A stretch of DNA of 62,972 nucleotides, counting the filler, from Octopus bimaculoides (lineage: Eukaryota): NCBI RefSeq assembly GCF_001194135.2. It is 6 parts of 6 records of this genome, joined end to end, with 100 filler letters (N's around TTAATTAATTAA, not from the genome) between each part and the next. Parts side by side here need not be neighbours in the genome. Positions count along the whole stretch, not along the records: positions 1 to 25,448 come from NC_068984.1; 5 more parts are not named here. One strand, 5' to 3'. Every line of letters begins with the position of its first letter. The stretch's first letter is position 1. The notes beneath the pieces were generated by a model. That model had not been told where the DNA came from. It saw nothing but the letters and a program-made list of their open reading frames with translations, and ran no database searches. A program made the position numbers and the translations under genes. This document shows positions 1 to 11,626 of the stretch, piece by piece.

Positions 1-211
1 AAATATTCAGACAAATACATAACAAAAACACCAGGACTTACAAATATATATAACATACAGAAAATTGCACTACTGGGTACTGCACACATTCTACGCAAAA
101 CACTTTCAATACAGTAAACATAAGAGCACCACAGCAAACCACAGCACATACCCAAGGCGCACAGAGCTGCGCTCGGTAGTGAAGTGAAAGCACGTTATAA
201 AAATAAAACTA

Positions 212-214
<3 letters not shown>
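1..214 (+). mobile_element. R4/Dong-clade non-LTR retrotransposon 3' end (ORF C-terminus plus 3' UTR), followed by an (AAT)n tail at 215-244
   Basis: Frame 1 (1-117) reads KYSDKYITKTPGLTNIYNIQKIALLGTAHILRKTLSIQ*. QKxALLGTAxILRxxL is the typical C-terminal motif of R4/Dong RLE-type ORFs. About 95 nt of UTR with a GCGCA/TGCGC stem-loop follows, then (AAT)n. Confidence 0.88.
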
Positions 215-245
<31 letters not shown>

Positions 246-378
246 GATGCTGTACCAGGCACTGGCTCTCATGGCTTCTGATCTTAACTGATTGGAAGTG
301 TTATCATGTACATGTTTTGACTTGGTATAAAAGGTGTACCCTAGCGTCACTTTGATGGCATGCATTGCTGTCCCATTC
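246..378 (+). mobile_element. Internally deleted copy of the (AAT)n-flanked non-coding 'element X'
   Basis: 246-333 aligns to 60494-60563 and 335-378 aligns to 60981-61024. About 417 bp of the long copy are missing. (AAT)n lies on both sides. Confidence 0.8.
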
Positions 379-393
379 AATAATAATAATCAT

Positions 394-594
394 AATGGTC
401 TCAAAGTTTTGCACAAGGCCAGCAATTTAGGGGCAAGGAGCTAAGTTCACTGTTCAACTGAAACTTATTTTATCAACCCTGAAAAGATGACTGGCAAAGT
501 CAACCTTGGCAGAATTTGAACTTAGAATGTAATGACGGACTAAATGCTAAGCATTTTGCCCAGTGAGATAACGATTGTACCAACTCACCACCTT
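394..594 (-). mobile_element. tRNA-derived SINE, family N (Nin/Deu-domain-like)
   Basis: Reverse complement matches the family seen at 48158, 48471 and 31348 (B-box-like GTTC(A)AATTC; GTTGACTTTGCC...CAT.TTTTCAGGGTTGAT). Decayed. Confidence 0.8.
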
Positions 595-601
595 AATAAT
601 A

Positions 602-632
<31 letters not shown>

Positions 633-762
633 TTTTTCAACTAGCAGTAACCACGCCTCAGATTTACCTCATTGGCCATAATAATGATAATAATGCTAAT
701 AATGATTATGATGATGATGATGATGATGACGACGACAACGACGACGACGACGATGATAATAA
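595..762. repeat. Compound (AAT)n/(GAT)n/(GAC)n microsatellites
   Basis: Directly visible trinucleotide runs; they account for ORF 575..793. Confidence 0.9.
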
Positions 763-2819
763 TATGAAGAGTAAAGAAAGGAAAAAATATTGATGAGTTA
801 AAAGTTGAACAGTAACATTATTTTTCAAGTACTTTTCCTAATTATAGTCATCATTGAATACAGAGAAAATAAATAAATTACATAACAAGATACATTGTAT
901 ACAATGACCAAGGAAGAAAGATAGTAACTAAGTAATTTTCCTTGCTACATATGCAAGAAGGAACAATAGGAACTTAGATTGTTAATGATTCGTGATCATG
1001 ACATTATGTGAAGTAGGATAAAAAAAACAATTATAAAATATGTATATAAAAAAAAAGGAAGAAATATATGGAAGTCATAGGAGCACATAGAGTGAGGGAG
1101 ATGTGAAAAGGAAGAAGATACATATAGATAAATGAGATTCATGGGGAGAAAAGCTATTTCAACATAAAACACAAAAATCACAAAAATTAGGAAGTGTATT
1201 TAGTCTGTATTAGAAACAAAATGGACATTATTCCATTCAGTTTCTTTCCTGAAGATATTACAATAAGAAAGAAAAACGTTTAGTCACGATTGTTAAAATG
1301 TTTGATTTACATACTTTTCTTAAAAGAAAGAATACAAGATTGTGAAACTAGTAGATAAAGAGAATTAGGACTACGGCATGATGCAGAATACTAATACATT
1401 TTACATTTGTGATACTATATAAAGTATAAATGATTATTGGCCAATATGTTATATATCATGAAAGCATAATACAATGTCTACCATCTAGTTACCTTATAAA
1501 GCATTACAAATATTCCATATTGCACTGTTAAATATGTTAGCTAACTGTGCTATGCTGATAGCAATTGTACAAATGTGTTTTACAGTATACTTTTGTGTTA
1601 CATTTTTATTAGCACCTGAGTAACACATTAACCTAAACTTCTTCATGGAAAAATATTATTGCAACATATTTAACACAATTCTTGCTTCAAAGCTAATAAA
1701 TTAGTAATATTTAGAAACATTACTACTGTTATACAAGAGTTAGTCTTTCAAAAAAAAAAAAATGCTATATGCTGATTTCAATATCTGGTCTAAAATATTT
1801 TCTCATTTATAATGTTAACTCTCTTGAGAAAGCAACAAATGTCATATATTATTTCACCTATTAAATATCTGAATTTTGTGTCAGTATAGAATCAGTTGTT
1901 ATAGAATGTTGCAATTTATTAAAATGTGAAAGTAAAATCTTTTTATGCCGAATGAAAGAAGCGGTAGTTCAACTTGTATCCAGACTTACTTAAAATGTTT
2001 AACTATCGCATTCGTAATATTTTATTTATATACAAGCAGAGATATTTATAACATTCTAAACCTTGCCCTATTTTTAAAAAATGGCACTGAAAGGTATGAC
2101 AAACATTATTTAGAGGAACAATATAATGCAGAGAATCCAAAGGCCTACTCTTCTGGATAATGAGCAAAAGAAATTTCTTTCTTGATTACAAGAGATCATA
2201 CATAAAATATATTTACCATACAAAAGGCATTAGAAGACATGAAGTAATGAACATAAGTATAATGATCAATGAAAGAGCTTAATGCAATATATAGGACAGG
2301 TTAGCAAATATAATCATATATAAATACAGCAACTCACCTCGCTGTTAAGAGGCCACCATAGCACCATTTTGTCCAATCTGATCATGTTTCAAAAAGTGGT
2401 TTTCAACAAAATGCTTCTAGGTTAATCCAAGACAGGATGAGATTCTGAAGCATGACCCCTAGGCTGTTGGTAGACATTTAATATGGACTTAATCAATTGT
2501 CAACCAACTATGCCTACTTGGTGCTCATTCACCCTTTTCTTTCTGAATATGCACACACATATAAAAGTGTTGATGTTTATCTCTTTGTCTGGAAACAAAC
2601 ATGCAATTTCTTAGCAAATCCTAACCAAAAACAGTGCACCTATTCATAAAAACAGGATTGAAATTGTCCTTTGGCAATGTCTATTAATTTCATAAAGTGC
2701 ACATTCATCTTGAAGCATACAATCCCCTCCTCTCTCTCTCATACACTGTCACATACTGATAGATAAGTTTGAGTTCAACAGACTGTCACCACTGCAACGA
2801 TATTTGATTGAAATCATTC

Positions 2820-3050
2820 TTTTATTCATTTTTTTTGTTCTTGGTTCAGCTATTTGACTGTGGCCATACTTGAGCACCACTTGGAGGGATTTTAGTCAAA
2901 CAGATCGACCCCAGGACTTATTTTTATGCCTAGTACTTATTTTATCAGTCTCTTTTGCTGAACTGCTAAGTTAAGGGGATGTAAACACACCAATACTAGT
3001 TGTCAATCAGTATTAATGGGGAGTGGGGCAAACAGACACAAAGACATGCA
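2820..3050 (-). mobile_element. SINE family C (CORE-like), 3' half
   Basis: Reverse complement of the segment at 18355-18540 and 42855-43070 (gtccccgtaacttagcggttcggcaaaagagaccgatagaataagtactagg...). Followed by a (TA)/(CA) microsatellite at 3060-3137. Confidence 0.75.
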
Positions 3051-3069
3051 AGCAGATATATATCTATAG

Positions 3070-3122
<53 letters not shown>

Positions 3123-4289
3123 TATATATATATATATGCAAAAGTGTCTGGTAGAACAAGCACCAGATGTTAAAAATTAAATACTAGGATGTATTTGTTT
3201 GACTAAAACCCTTCAAGGCCATGCTCTAGTATGACTGCAGTCCAATGACTGAAGCAAGTAAAGAGCAACAAAAAGCAAAAAACCCATAAATTGTTGTCTA
3301 ATAATTTCATTACCAAACCTATAATTTGGTATGGACAGTTTTTGTCCTTTCTAATATACATTCAAATACAAAATCTTGACAGGGCTTGACTATCAATCTC
3401 CTGGTTAGCTTTTTATTATAGTCTGTTAATTGCACACTATTGGTGGTAAATAAATCATCTTTAGGAGAATAAGATGTTTGGTTGCTATATTGCTACAAAA
3501 GATTTAGTGTAATTAGTGCAAAAATAAGTGAATTTTCAAATACAGTTTTAACATATATTGATCTATTTGGATAATTTTGTTGCTTTTTACCCTCTTTATT
3601 CTAAGACTAAGAAAATTTGATAAAAATGATTTTCTACCATTAGATACTGCTAAGATTTTTTTGCTGGAATTATATGTTACTCCTAAAATGAATTAATAGA
3701 ACTCTACAAACTTACATTAATAGGATATATATTCATGCATACATTCATTCATAGTTACACATATAAAAACACTCAAACACATACATATTTATGTGTGTGT
3801 GTGTGTGTGCGCGCGCGCATGCATGTGTGTATGTGTGAGTATGCATCTATATATGTATGTATGGTATATATTTTTGTCCTGGGTGTGACATTTAACTGAA
3901 TCCACTGATGTGACTCTCGTTCTGAAGTTCAGGAGATGTAGGGAGTGTGAAGTCACCCCTTAATTGCCATTACTGCCGGGTCCAATCTCACCTGGAATGG
4001 TAGTACCTTTCAAGGATTCATCTATGGGTTAAATAAATGCAGTAGAGAAAGGTCTAGTTGTTTTTGACAAAACAGTATGGAAATAAGCTCTTCTACATAA
4101 CACATACACACACATAATTGAAATAGTGCATTCATCTTGCAATACTTGTTATTGGAACCTACTATGGAAAAAAGGGGTGTGCAAATGTGTCATGCAAGCT
4201 TCTGTCACTTAAATCCAATGATATACAGATGTCTCACTATCATTTCATTTCTTGATCTATTTTGTATTTTATAAAGTTTTATGGTGAAA

Positions 4290-4640
4290 GATGCATGGCA
4301 TGAAAAGTCATATCCACACACATGCAAGGATCAAAGTAAATCAGAGCAACAAGGCTGAATGTTAGAGGGCTATCATGTGTCAAGATGAGACAATCATTAT
4401 ATAATGTATGAAAATAATAGGATTCCAAAGAAGCTGTTCTACAGTGAGCTGGTCATTGGAAAGCATCCTTTGCACAGACTACAAAAGTGGTAGAATGACT
4501 GTAAACCAGGTAACCGGAAGGAATTGCAAATCATTTTGAAGAACTTGAAAGAACTAGATTTGGAAAGAGTTGAGTGGTGAAAGCATATAAAGGAACATAG
4601 TAAAAATTTGAATAGAAAACAACTGAACAACATGATGGAT
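4290..4640 (+). mobile_element. Decayed RTE-clade LINE, ORF C-terminus
   Basis: Reads ...HVSR*...RIPKKLFYSELVIGKHPLHRLQKW*ND..., matching the RTE motif GHVxRMxxxRLPKxxFYGELxxGKRxxGRPxKRWxD, with stops. Confidence 0.7.
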
Positions 4641-5574
4641 AAAGAGGTAATAGTAGGAAAGAGATAGGGCTATGAAATCAGTAATAATTAATACAGACAT
4701 AATAAACAAACAATTCCAGGAGGGTCCTTAGGGAAGCCTCATGTGCAATGAAATTTTGTTTGGAAAATAATGCCTTCAAGCTAATTTCATTAGAAAGGAG
4801 AAAGGTGGCCATGCACATTCAGTCTGTGTGCTTAAACGTATAGTCTGTGCAAGCTTCTTCACAGTGTTTATGCAAAGTCAGGTTTATGTTCTTAAACAAA
4901 ATGTTAATAAAATGCACAGATTCTCCATCTAATATTATTTTATGTTTCTTTTCGCATTTCACTGATTTATGTGTTTACAAACTTGATTTCGAATAATTTT
5001 GGTCATACATTATCACAAGTTTTATACATAAGATGCATGCAGAAGAGTGAGGATCCAAACAGTAACCTGTCTGTTCATTCTTAATACATTCAGGCAGATT
5101 CAAACATGAATATCTGATCACTGTTGTATTTTTCCTTGGAGAATCATTACAATCAACAACAATAAAAGCAAAACATTTGTTTAAAAACTTCATGTTTATT
5201 ATCTTGAAGTTGTGTTATACCAAACTTTTCTCTAATAACCCTTTCATACCACTTGTTCTCTAGCTTACTGTATTTTAAGTTATTATATAATTACATTCAC
5301 CTTCTTTTTCCTATTTATAGCTTTCTCTACTAAGCATCATTTCTGAATGGCATTGGCCAATTATTCATTCATGTAATCTACATCATCAACATTCTGTTTT
5401 CGTATTTTAATATATGTTTTTTTTTGTCTGTTGTTGTTTAGCCCAAAATCAACTTTAATTCAATAGACGGGTAATCAAGTATTTTCCACCATGACCATCT
5501 GCTCTTTTTCTTGAGCACAGTGAATATTGGATTGCATTATTAGTGGAATTAATATCTCTTTTATATGAGGGCTT

Positions 5575-5860
5575 GAAAGCATATGGCTCAGTGCTTAGAG
5601 TGTTTGGCTCATGATCATAAAGTTGCAAGTTCAATTCTCAGACCAGGCAGTGTGTTGTGTCCTTGGACAAGACACATTATTTCATGTTGCTCCAGTTCAC
5701 TGAGCAGTATAAAGGAGTTGCGATGTCACTGGTACCAAGTTGGTATTCATAGGTGACTGCTGGTCTTTCATAAACAATCTTGACTGGACTTGTGTCTTGG
5801 AGGGAAACTTTGTAGGTGCAATGCCATAGTCACTCATGACCAAAGCGAGTCTGGCAAATC
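5575..5860 (+). mobile_element. tRNA-derived SINE, family T (tail type 1)
   Basis: A-box-like GGCTCAGTGC and B-box-like AGTTCAATTC, then ttgtgtccttggacaagacac. Homologous along its length to 43567-43880. Confidence 0.8.
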
Positions 5861-6413
5861 AAGAGCTGAGTTCCCAATAAATAATTTGCTTGTCAATTCA
5901 TGACATTGGTTCCATAATACTGACTTCCTTTGCATTTCATTCTTCAAAGGATAGTGGATTAGTGGAATTGATAGGGCATATGACAAAATGCCATTGAAAT
6001 CTTTATTTCAGTCCTTTATATTTTGAGTTCATATCCCACTGAAATCAAACTTTATCTTTTATCCTCCATTGATAAAATAAATTATTATTCAAAGTACTAC
6101 GATGCAGTCTTATCTTCTCAGTTTCCAGTGATCAAATCTTCATGATACCACCAGATCAAGGGTACAAAATGTAAGAAGACATCAATGTTTGCTCACAGCC
6201 ACATTGACACCACAAATAGATGTAAAGAGATGGTGCCAGCAGCTACCAAATAATATTCAGTTGTGAGTGATGGATGAGTCAGAAAGCATATAGTAGGTAG
6301 TATACATAAAAGATAAAAATGAGAGAAATTTACAGCAGCCTAAATTTATGAACAGGTACATATGAATAGAGAAAATTTAAGATAGTAAACTATTTGTTTT
6401 GGAAGTGAACATT

Positions 6414-6414
6414 T

Positions 6415-6510
<96 letters not shown>
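6414..6510. repeat. (TTTC)n microsatellite
   Basis: Perfect tetranucleotide run. Confidence 0.95.
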
Positions 6511-6512
<2 letters not shown>

Positions 6513-7779
6513 TTCCTTTCTTGTTGACTTCATTTGCTTAGGCAATGAGTTGAAAAGTTCCATCATTTCAAATATTTCTCTGGGAAAACGAAGGAAATGT
6601 ATTCTATTTTCAGTATTAATAAAACATTCACCTAAATCAATTGATTCATTACAGGCATAATATATTCATTAATCTATACAACATTTTTTTCTTGAAGGGA
6701 ACTAATAATATTTACTTTGAGTTCTGCAAATATACCATTTAACATTTTTATCATAAATTAGGGGCGTTCAAATTAAAGAGAAAAATTATCAAAATTGAAA
6801 AAAGAAAGAAATCTTTAGAGTCATTACTAAATTATGTTCCCCTAAACATTTAACTGTGCTTAATCACGCAAAAAGTGAAAGGGAAAATAATAAAAAAAAA
6901 AGAAGCTAAGTCTAATCACTATTATTCTTTGAATATGCTAAATTTTGTGTCTGGCAGTGATTTTTACATTCTACTTGCATTGCATTTCTTTTTTATTCTA
7001 TTTAATCAGTGAATAATAATCAAGTGGCCAAAAGAAAGAATTGTGGTTATTTGAATAAAAGTTAAAAAAGTAGAAATTGTATATAAGAGTATTAACTTCT
7101 TTAAAACAAAGATACTGACAATATTTTTGAGAAAATTTTTCTCAGAACAAAAATTCACTAAAATGGAATATTTGTAATTAAATTAGAAATGACAAAAACT
7201 ATTTCACCTATTATTAGGTGACCATAATTTTCTCTCAGTCAAGGTATATATTTTGTGTTTCTTTATAGGGTGCAGAAAAAGGCATAAGGTTGGCAGAATA
7301 GAACACCTGAAAAACATGGCTTGTAGTATTTATTTCAGCATTCATTTATTCTGAATTGAAGTCCTACTCAGGTCAATATCTATAGTTGATAAACTAGAGT
7401 ACCAATTAAATAGTGGGATTAATTTAAATGAACTTCTTTCTGTCAAATGTCTAACCATGCACCTAAATTAGAAATACTTACTATATGCAGAAATATGCTG
7501 ATAAACTAGAATTAAGCAAAGATATTGCAAGAAAAATATGTTTGAGTAATATTTGTCTGTAGAAACAATAGAAAGTTTAAATTCATTTAATTTATATGTT
7601 AATTAAAGGTACTTATGTATTCGCATAATATTACTGACTGGAAATTAAATATTATTTGAGAATAATGATAGATATTTTTTAAAGTCCAGTAAAATTAATT
7701 AGCTTGCAGAACATGCTTTTAAATATTATTTTAACTTTAATCGGTATGTGATAATCTACCAAGGTATACAGACCAGTTG

Positions 7780-7950
7780 TCTGACTAGTGCAAGGTTCTC
7801 AGCTACATTGAAGATGATGTGGTGATAGAATGACATGTTGTGATAGAATGACATGTTGTGATAGAATGACATGTTGTGATAACTGACATGTTGTGATGGA
7901 CCTGTAAAAGCTAAGAGACAAACTTGAAAAGTATGGAAGGAAGGTGGTAG
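7780..7950 (+). mobile_element. Decayed LINE RT fragment (YADD region) containing an 18-bp tandem repeat
   Basis: LSYIEDDVVI...DL*KLRDKLEK resembles LLYADDLVL...EL..KL..W. The unit GTGATAGAATGACATGTT occurs 3 times plus a degenerate copy at 7822-7897. Confidence 0.45.
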
Positions 7951-8121
7951 TAGAGAACATTATTAACTCAATAGGAAGTTAACTAGACATCAACTAGTGA
8001 AGTAGAACAGAAGAGATTTTAACATGAGCTACAATGTGAGGATGAGAGATGAGAGGTATTTGAGATTGCAAGATAGTATGTTAGAATGAACAGTGATGTC
8101 ATCAGGGTGAAGTGCATCAGA

Positions 8122-8366
8122 AATAATGATTTCAAATTTTGGCACAAGGCCAGCAATTTCGGGGAAGGGGTAATGATTATTATTTACTGATTATTATTTG
8201 CTGGTTATGTTGATCCCAATACTCAACTGCTACTTATTTTATTGACCCTTAAAGGGTGAAAGGTAAAGTTAACCTTGATGGAATTTCAACTCAGAAAGTG
8301 AAGACAGACAAAATGTTGCTGAGGTTTCTGCCTGGCATGTTAATGATTCTGCCAGCTCACCACCTA
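8122..8366 (-). mobile_element. SINE family N
   Basis: Reverse-complement homology to 48471-48690, including the tail-B ggccttgtgcc..aatttgaa. Confidence 0.8.
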
Positions 8367-8479
8367 AGTAAATCTGGAATAATGACAGTGTGCTTGCCAT
8401 TGCTGTGGATGACACAAAATAAATATATAAGTATTATTAGAGGCTGCTAAAAGTGAGAATGCATGTACAAAGTGGGACT

Positions 8480-9360
8480 ACATCATACAGAAAAACTAGC
8501 AATTCATGTTGACAAGAGTGTGGTAGATAATACCATTAAGGCCATGAATGGAGGAAAAGTTGCTGGCCCATGAGAGATGCCCAAAGTATCTGGGGAAACT
8601 AGATACATGATCATCACTCAGTTGATTGTTAGTACAGAAAGGTGTCATGCACAATGACTGACATAGCAATATCATTGAAAACTGCTACAAGGGCAGTGAA
8701 GATGCTTCACAGAGGGGAAAGTATTGAGACATCAAATTGTCAAATCAAATTATAATGATCACAGAGAGAGTGATAGCACAATTGATGAGGAATGGTGTTA
8801 GTTTTGATGAAATGCAATGTGACTTCACAATCTAGAGAAGCACCAAAAATGTAATTTTTCTAAAGGAGACTGCAGCAGAAATAATTAGCTTAGAGTAAAC
8901 CATTATACCTTGTATTTGTTGATTCACAGAGAACTTTTAATAGGATGCCATGTACTGTAATTTGTTGATCACTACGAAATGAAGAAATGAAGTGAGAGTC
9001 GTGCAAGACACACACAAGAGTGCAGTAAATAAAGCAGGAATTGAGGACAACTTCAGCAACAGATTTATTGTGAAAGTAGGAGTTCATCTGCTCAGTCTTC
9101 AGTCCTTTCTTAATCCCAGATTTTAAGGCTTTCTGTCCATAATAACTCGTAAAAGAAAAATGCACAATATACACCCTGTAAATTGATTAGTGCTAGAAAG
9201 GGCATTCAGCTTCAAAAATCAAACCAAGTCGCAAAAACAAGCATCTAAACTTTGGTTGTTGTAGCTCCCAATGGTAAATGACTTGGTGTGTATCAACTCG
9301 TCCAACTTGTGCCAGTAGGGAAAACAGATGTAAAGTGATGTTAATGATGATGATGAAGAT
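8480..9360 (+). mobile_element. Decayed RTE-clade LINE: RT fragment, deletion, then 3' UTR with a (GAT)n tail
   Basis: IKAMNGGKVAGP (~8535-8570) and DSQRTFNRMP...RVVQDTHKSAVNKAGIEDNFSNRFIVKVGVH (~8925-9090) match the RTE RT motifs K.PGPD, DLEKAFDRVP and F.VKVGVHQGS. 9193-9360 is an RTE-type 3' tail (gaaagggcattcagc...gtccaacttgtgccag...gatgatgatg). Confidence 0.75.
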
Positions 9361-10044
9361 GAGAAAAAATTTGTTTGTAGTAAAAAAAATTTGTTTGTAG
9401 TAAAAGATGATTACTGTAAAAAGGAAAACAAGTATTTGGGTAAACAATGGAGAAAAAAATTATCAGAAAACTGATAGAATAAAACAAGGAAATAATTCAA
9501 TTCAGCTGCAAATGACTCACCCCAGAGGGAATTCACAAAATACAGATGGAAGCTACTTCTAGGCTTGTACTGAATGATTGCAAATATTTAAGATGATTGC
9601 CAGAGGAAAATGTAATTCCACTTTTGTTCTCAAATGTTACTTGCTTTTAAAGAGTATCAGAAAGCTTTTTAGGTATCTACTTGTAATAACTAACCTCTTT
9701 CTCTAGTAGTTTTGATTATTTGATGATACAATTGTTGGAACAATATCCTACATATAATACATCAATGATCTTTTAATAAACAAAAGTGAATGAAAACACA
9801 TATGTTTCAACATCATAATCATCATCATTTGACATCAGTTTCTCCATGCAGGCATGTTTGTGGAATTAAATTAATCAGTGATTCTAATAACTTAGGGAGT
9901 AATAGTTAAATTAGCATTAACATATTTTGTATTGAAAGTTAATTAGAAATAATTATACTTTAATTATTTTAATTATTATTTTAATTATAGCAGCATATGC
10001 AGGATAAAACTAAAGATATGTTTTGTATATATTAGACACATAAG

Positions 10045-10474
10045 AAGGCAGTGAGCTGGGAGAAACTTTAGCATGCTGGCCAAAATGCTTAGTGGTATTT
10101 CATCTGCCATTACGTTCTGAGTTCAAATTCCGCTGAGGTTGACTTTGCCTTTCATCTTTCGGGGTCAATCAATTAAGTACCAGTTACACACTGGGGTCGA
10201 TGTAATCAACTTAATCCCTTTGTTTGTCCATGTTTGTCCCTTCTATGTTTAGCCCCTTGTGGGCAATAAAGAAATAAGTAACGTTAGCGTGCTGGACGAA
10301 GTGCTTAGCAGTATTTAACCCATTGCGACATTCTGAATTCAAATTCTGACAAGGTTGACTTTGCCTTTCACCCTTTTGGGATTGATAAATTAAGTACCAA
10401 TGAAACACAAGGGTCGATATAATCGACTAGTCCCCTCCCTGAAAATTTCAGACCTTGTGTCTATAATAGAATGG
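10045..10474 (+). mobile_element. Dimeric SINE family N (tail-A monomer plus 5'-truncated tail-B monomer) with an 18-bp TSD
   Basis: Two tandem monomers, flanked by ATATATTAGACACATAAG (10027-10044) and ATATATTAAACACATAAG (10475-10492). Confidence 0.85.
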
Positions 10475-10599
10475 ATATATTAAACACATAAGCAAACCAT
10501 AGACTTGCTGACAATATTGGTCAACTAGAATTGTTAGTCTCACTTTAAGGTGAGACTAACAATTCAAGGTCAGTAAGGTGTAGTCCCTTTGTGTTCCAT

Positions 10600-11000
10600 G
10601 CATTAGTATTTCATAATAGTACCTCCAAACATTCCATATCTGTTTCTTGTATCAGCATTATGGTAATGGTGTATGCCACTGTTTCAGATGCACAGTCATC
10701 ATTTCAGATGCATTTCTCCCTGCTACCAAACCGTCTTACAATCCTGAACACCTTTTTCCTCTGATCCTCATATTGTAGAACATCTGAAAATTTTTTCTAT
10801 TCTTCTTCTCCCCAAATAATATATCTGATATCAAGCTTCCTTGAGAATGTTATCTTCTGTCATCTTCCTTCCATAATTTTCAAGTCAGTCACTGTACTCG
10901 ATGGAGCATTGATGAATGAATCAGTAGGGAGATGCATAATTGTTTCTCTATAATTACCTTTTAAATATCTTCTTCAAAGTGATTACAACTGTGATGCATT
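10600..11000 (-). mobile_element. Decayed RTE-clade LINE, EN-RT linker region
   Basis: Minus strand reads EDQRKKVFRIVRR...EKCI*NDD...WRYYYE, similar to the RTE linker VFRIARQ...GxKCVRxDxG...WKEYYE. Confidence 0.5.
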
Positions 11001-11421
11001 TCACCACTCCATGTTTAGAATTTTCTGTCCCTATAAACTATGGAAGGTGCTCAGTTTCCAGTTGTTCCTGCCAATAACAGCAATGTAATTGAGAAGTTTT
11101 CATCCTCTTTCAAAGTGAGGAAGTTTCCAAAATATATTTAGCAATTTTTATATCCACTGCACTGAACATATTAACACTCAATAAACTTGTATTTTTCTTG
11201 GAGAGAAAATTGTTGAATTGTTTATTTTTTCAATATCAAGGACATCAATCATAAAAAAATTCAGACAAAAATGTGTAATACAGCAATACTAACCGGTGGG
11301 TTTTACTCTTAATCATGTGTGTCACACAATGAAGGATTGGGATAGACATATCCAACATATTACAATATAGCAAAATGGATATAAAATGATGATGACAACA
11401 ACAATGATGGCATTGATGCGA

Positions 11422-11626
<205 letters not shown>

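Noticed and set aside
2338-2390. Minus-strand ATG...GAG|GTGAGT candidate first exon (MIRLDKMVLWWPLNSE)
   Set aside because: Good donor, but no recognisable peptide and no compatible downstream exon found.
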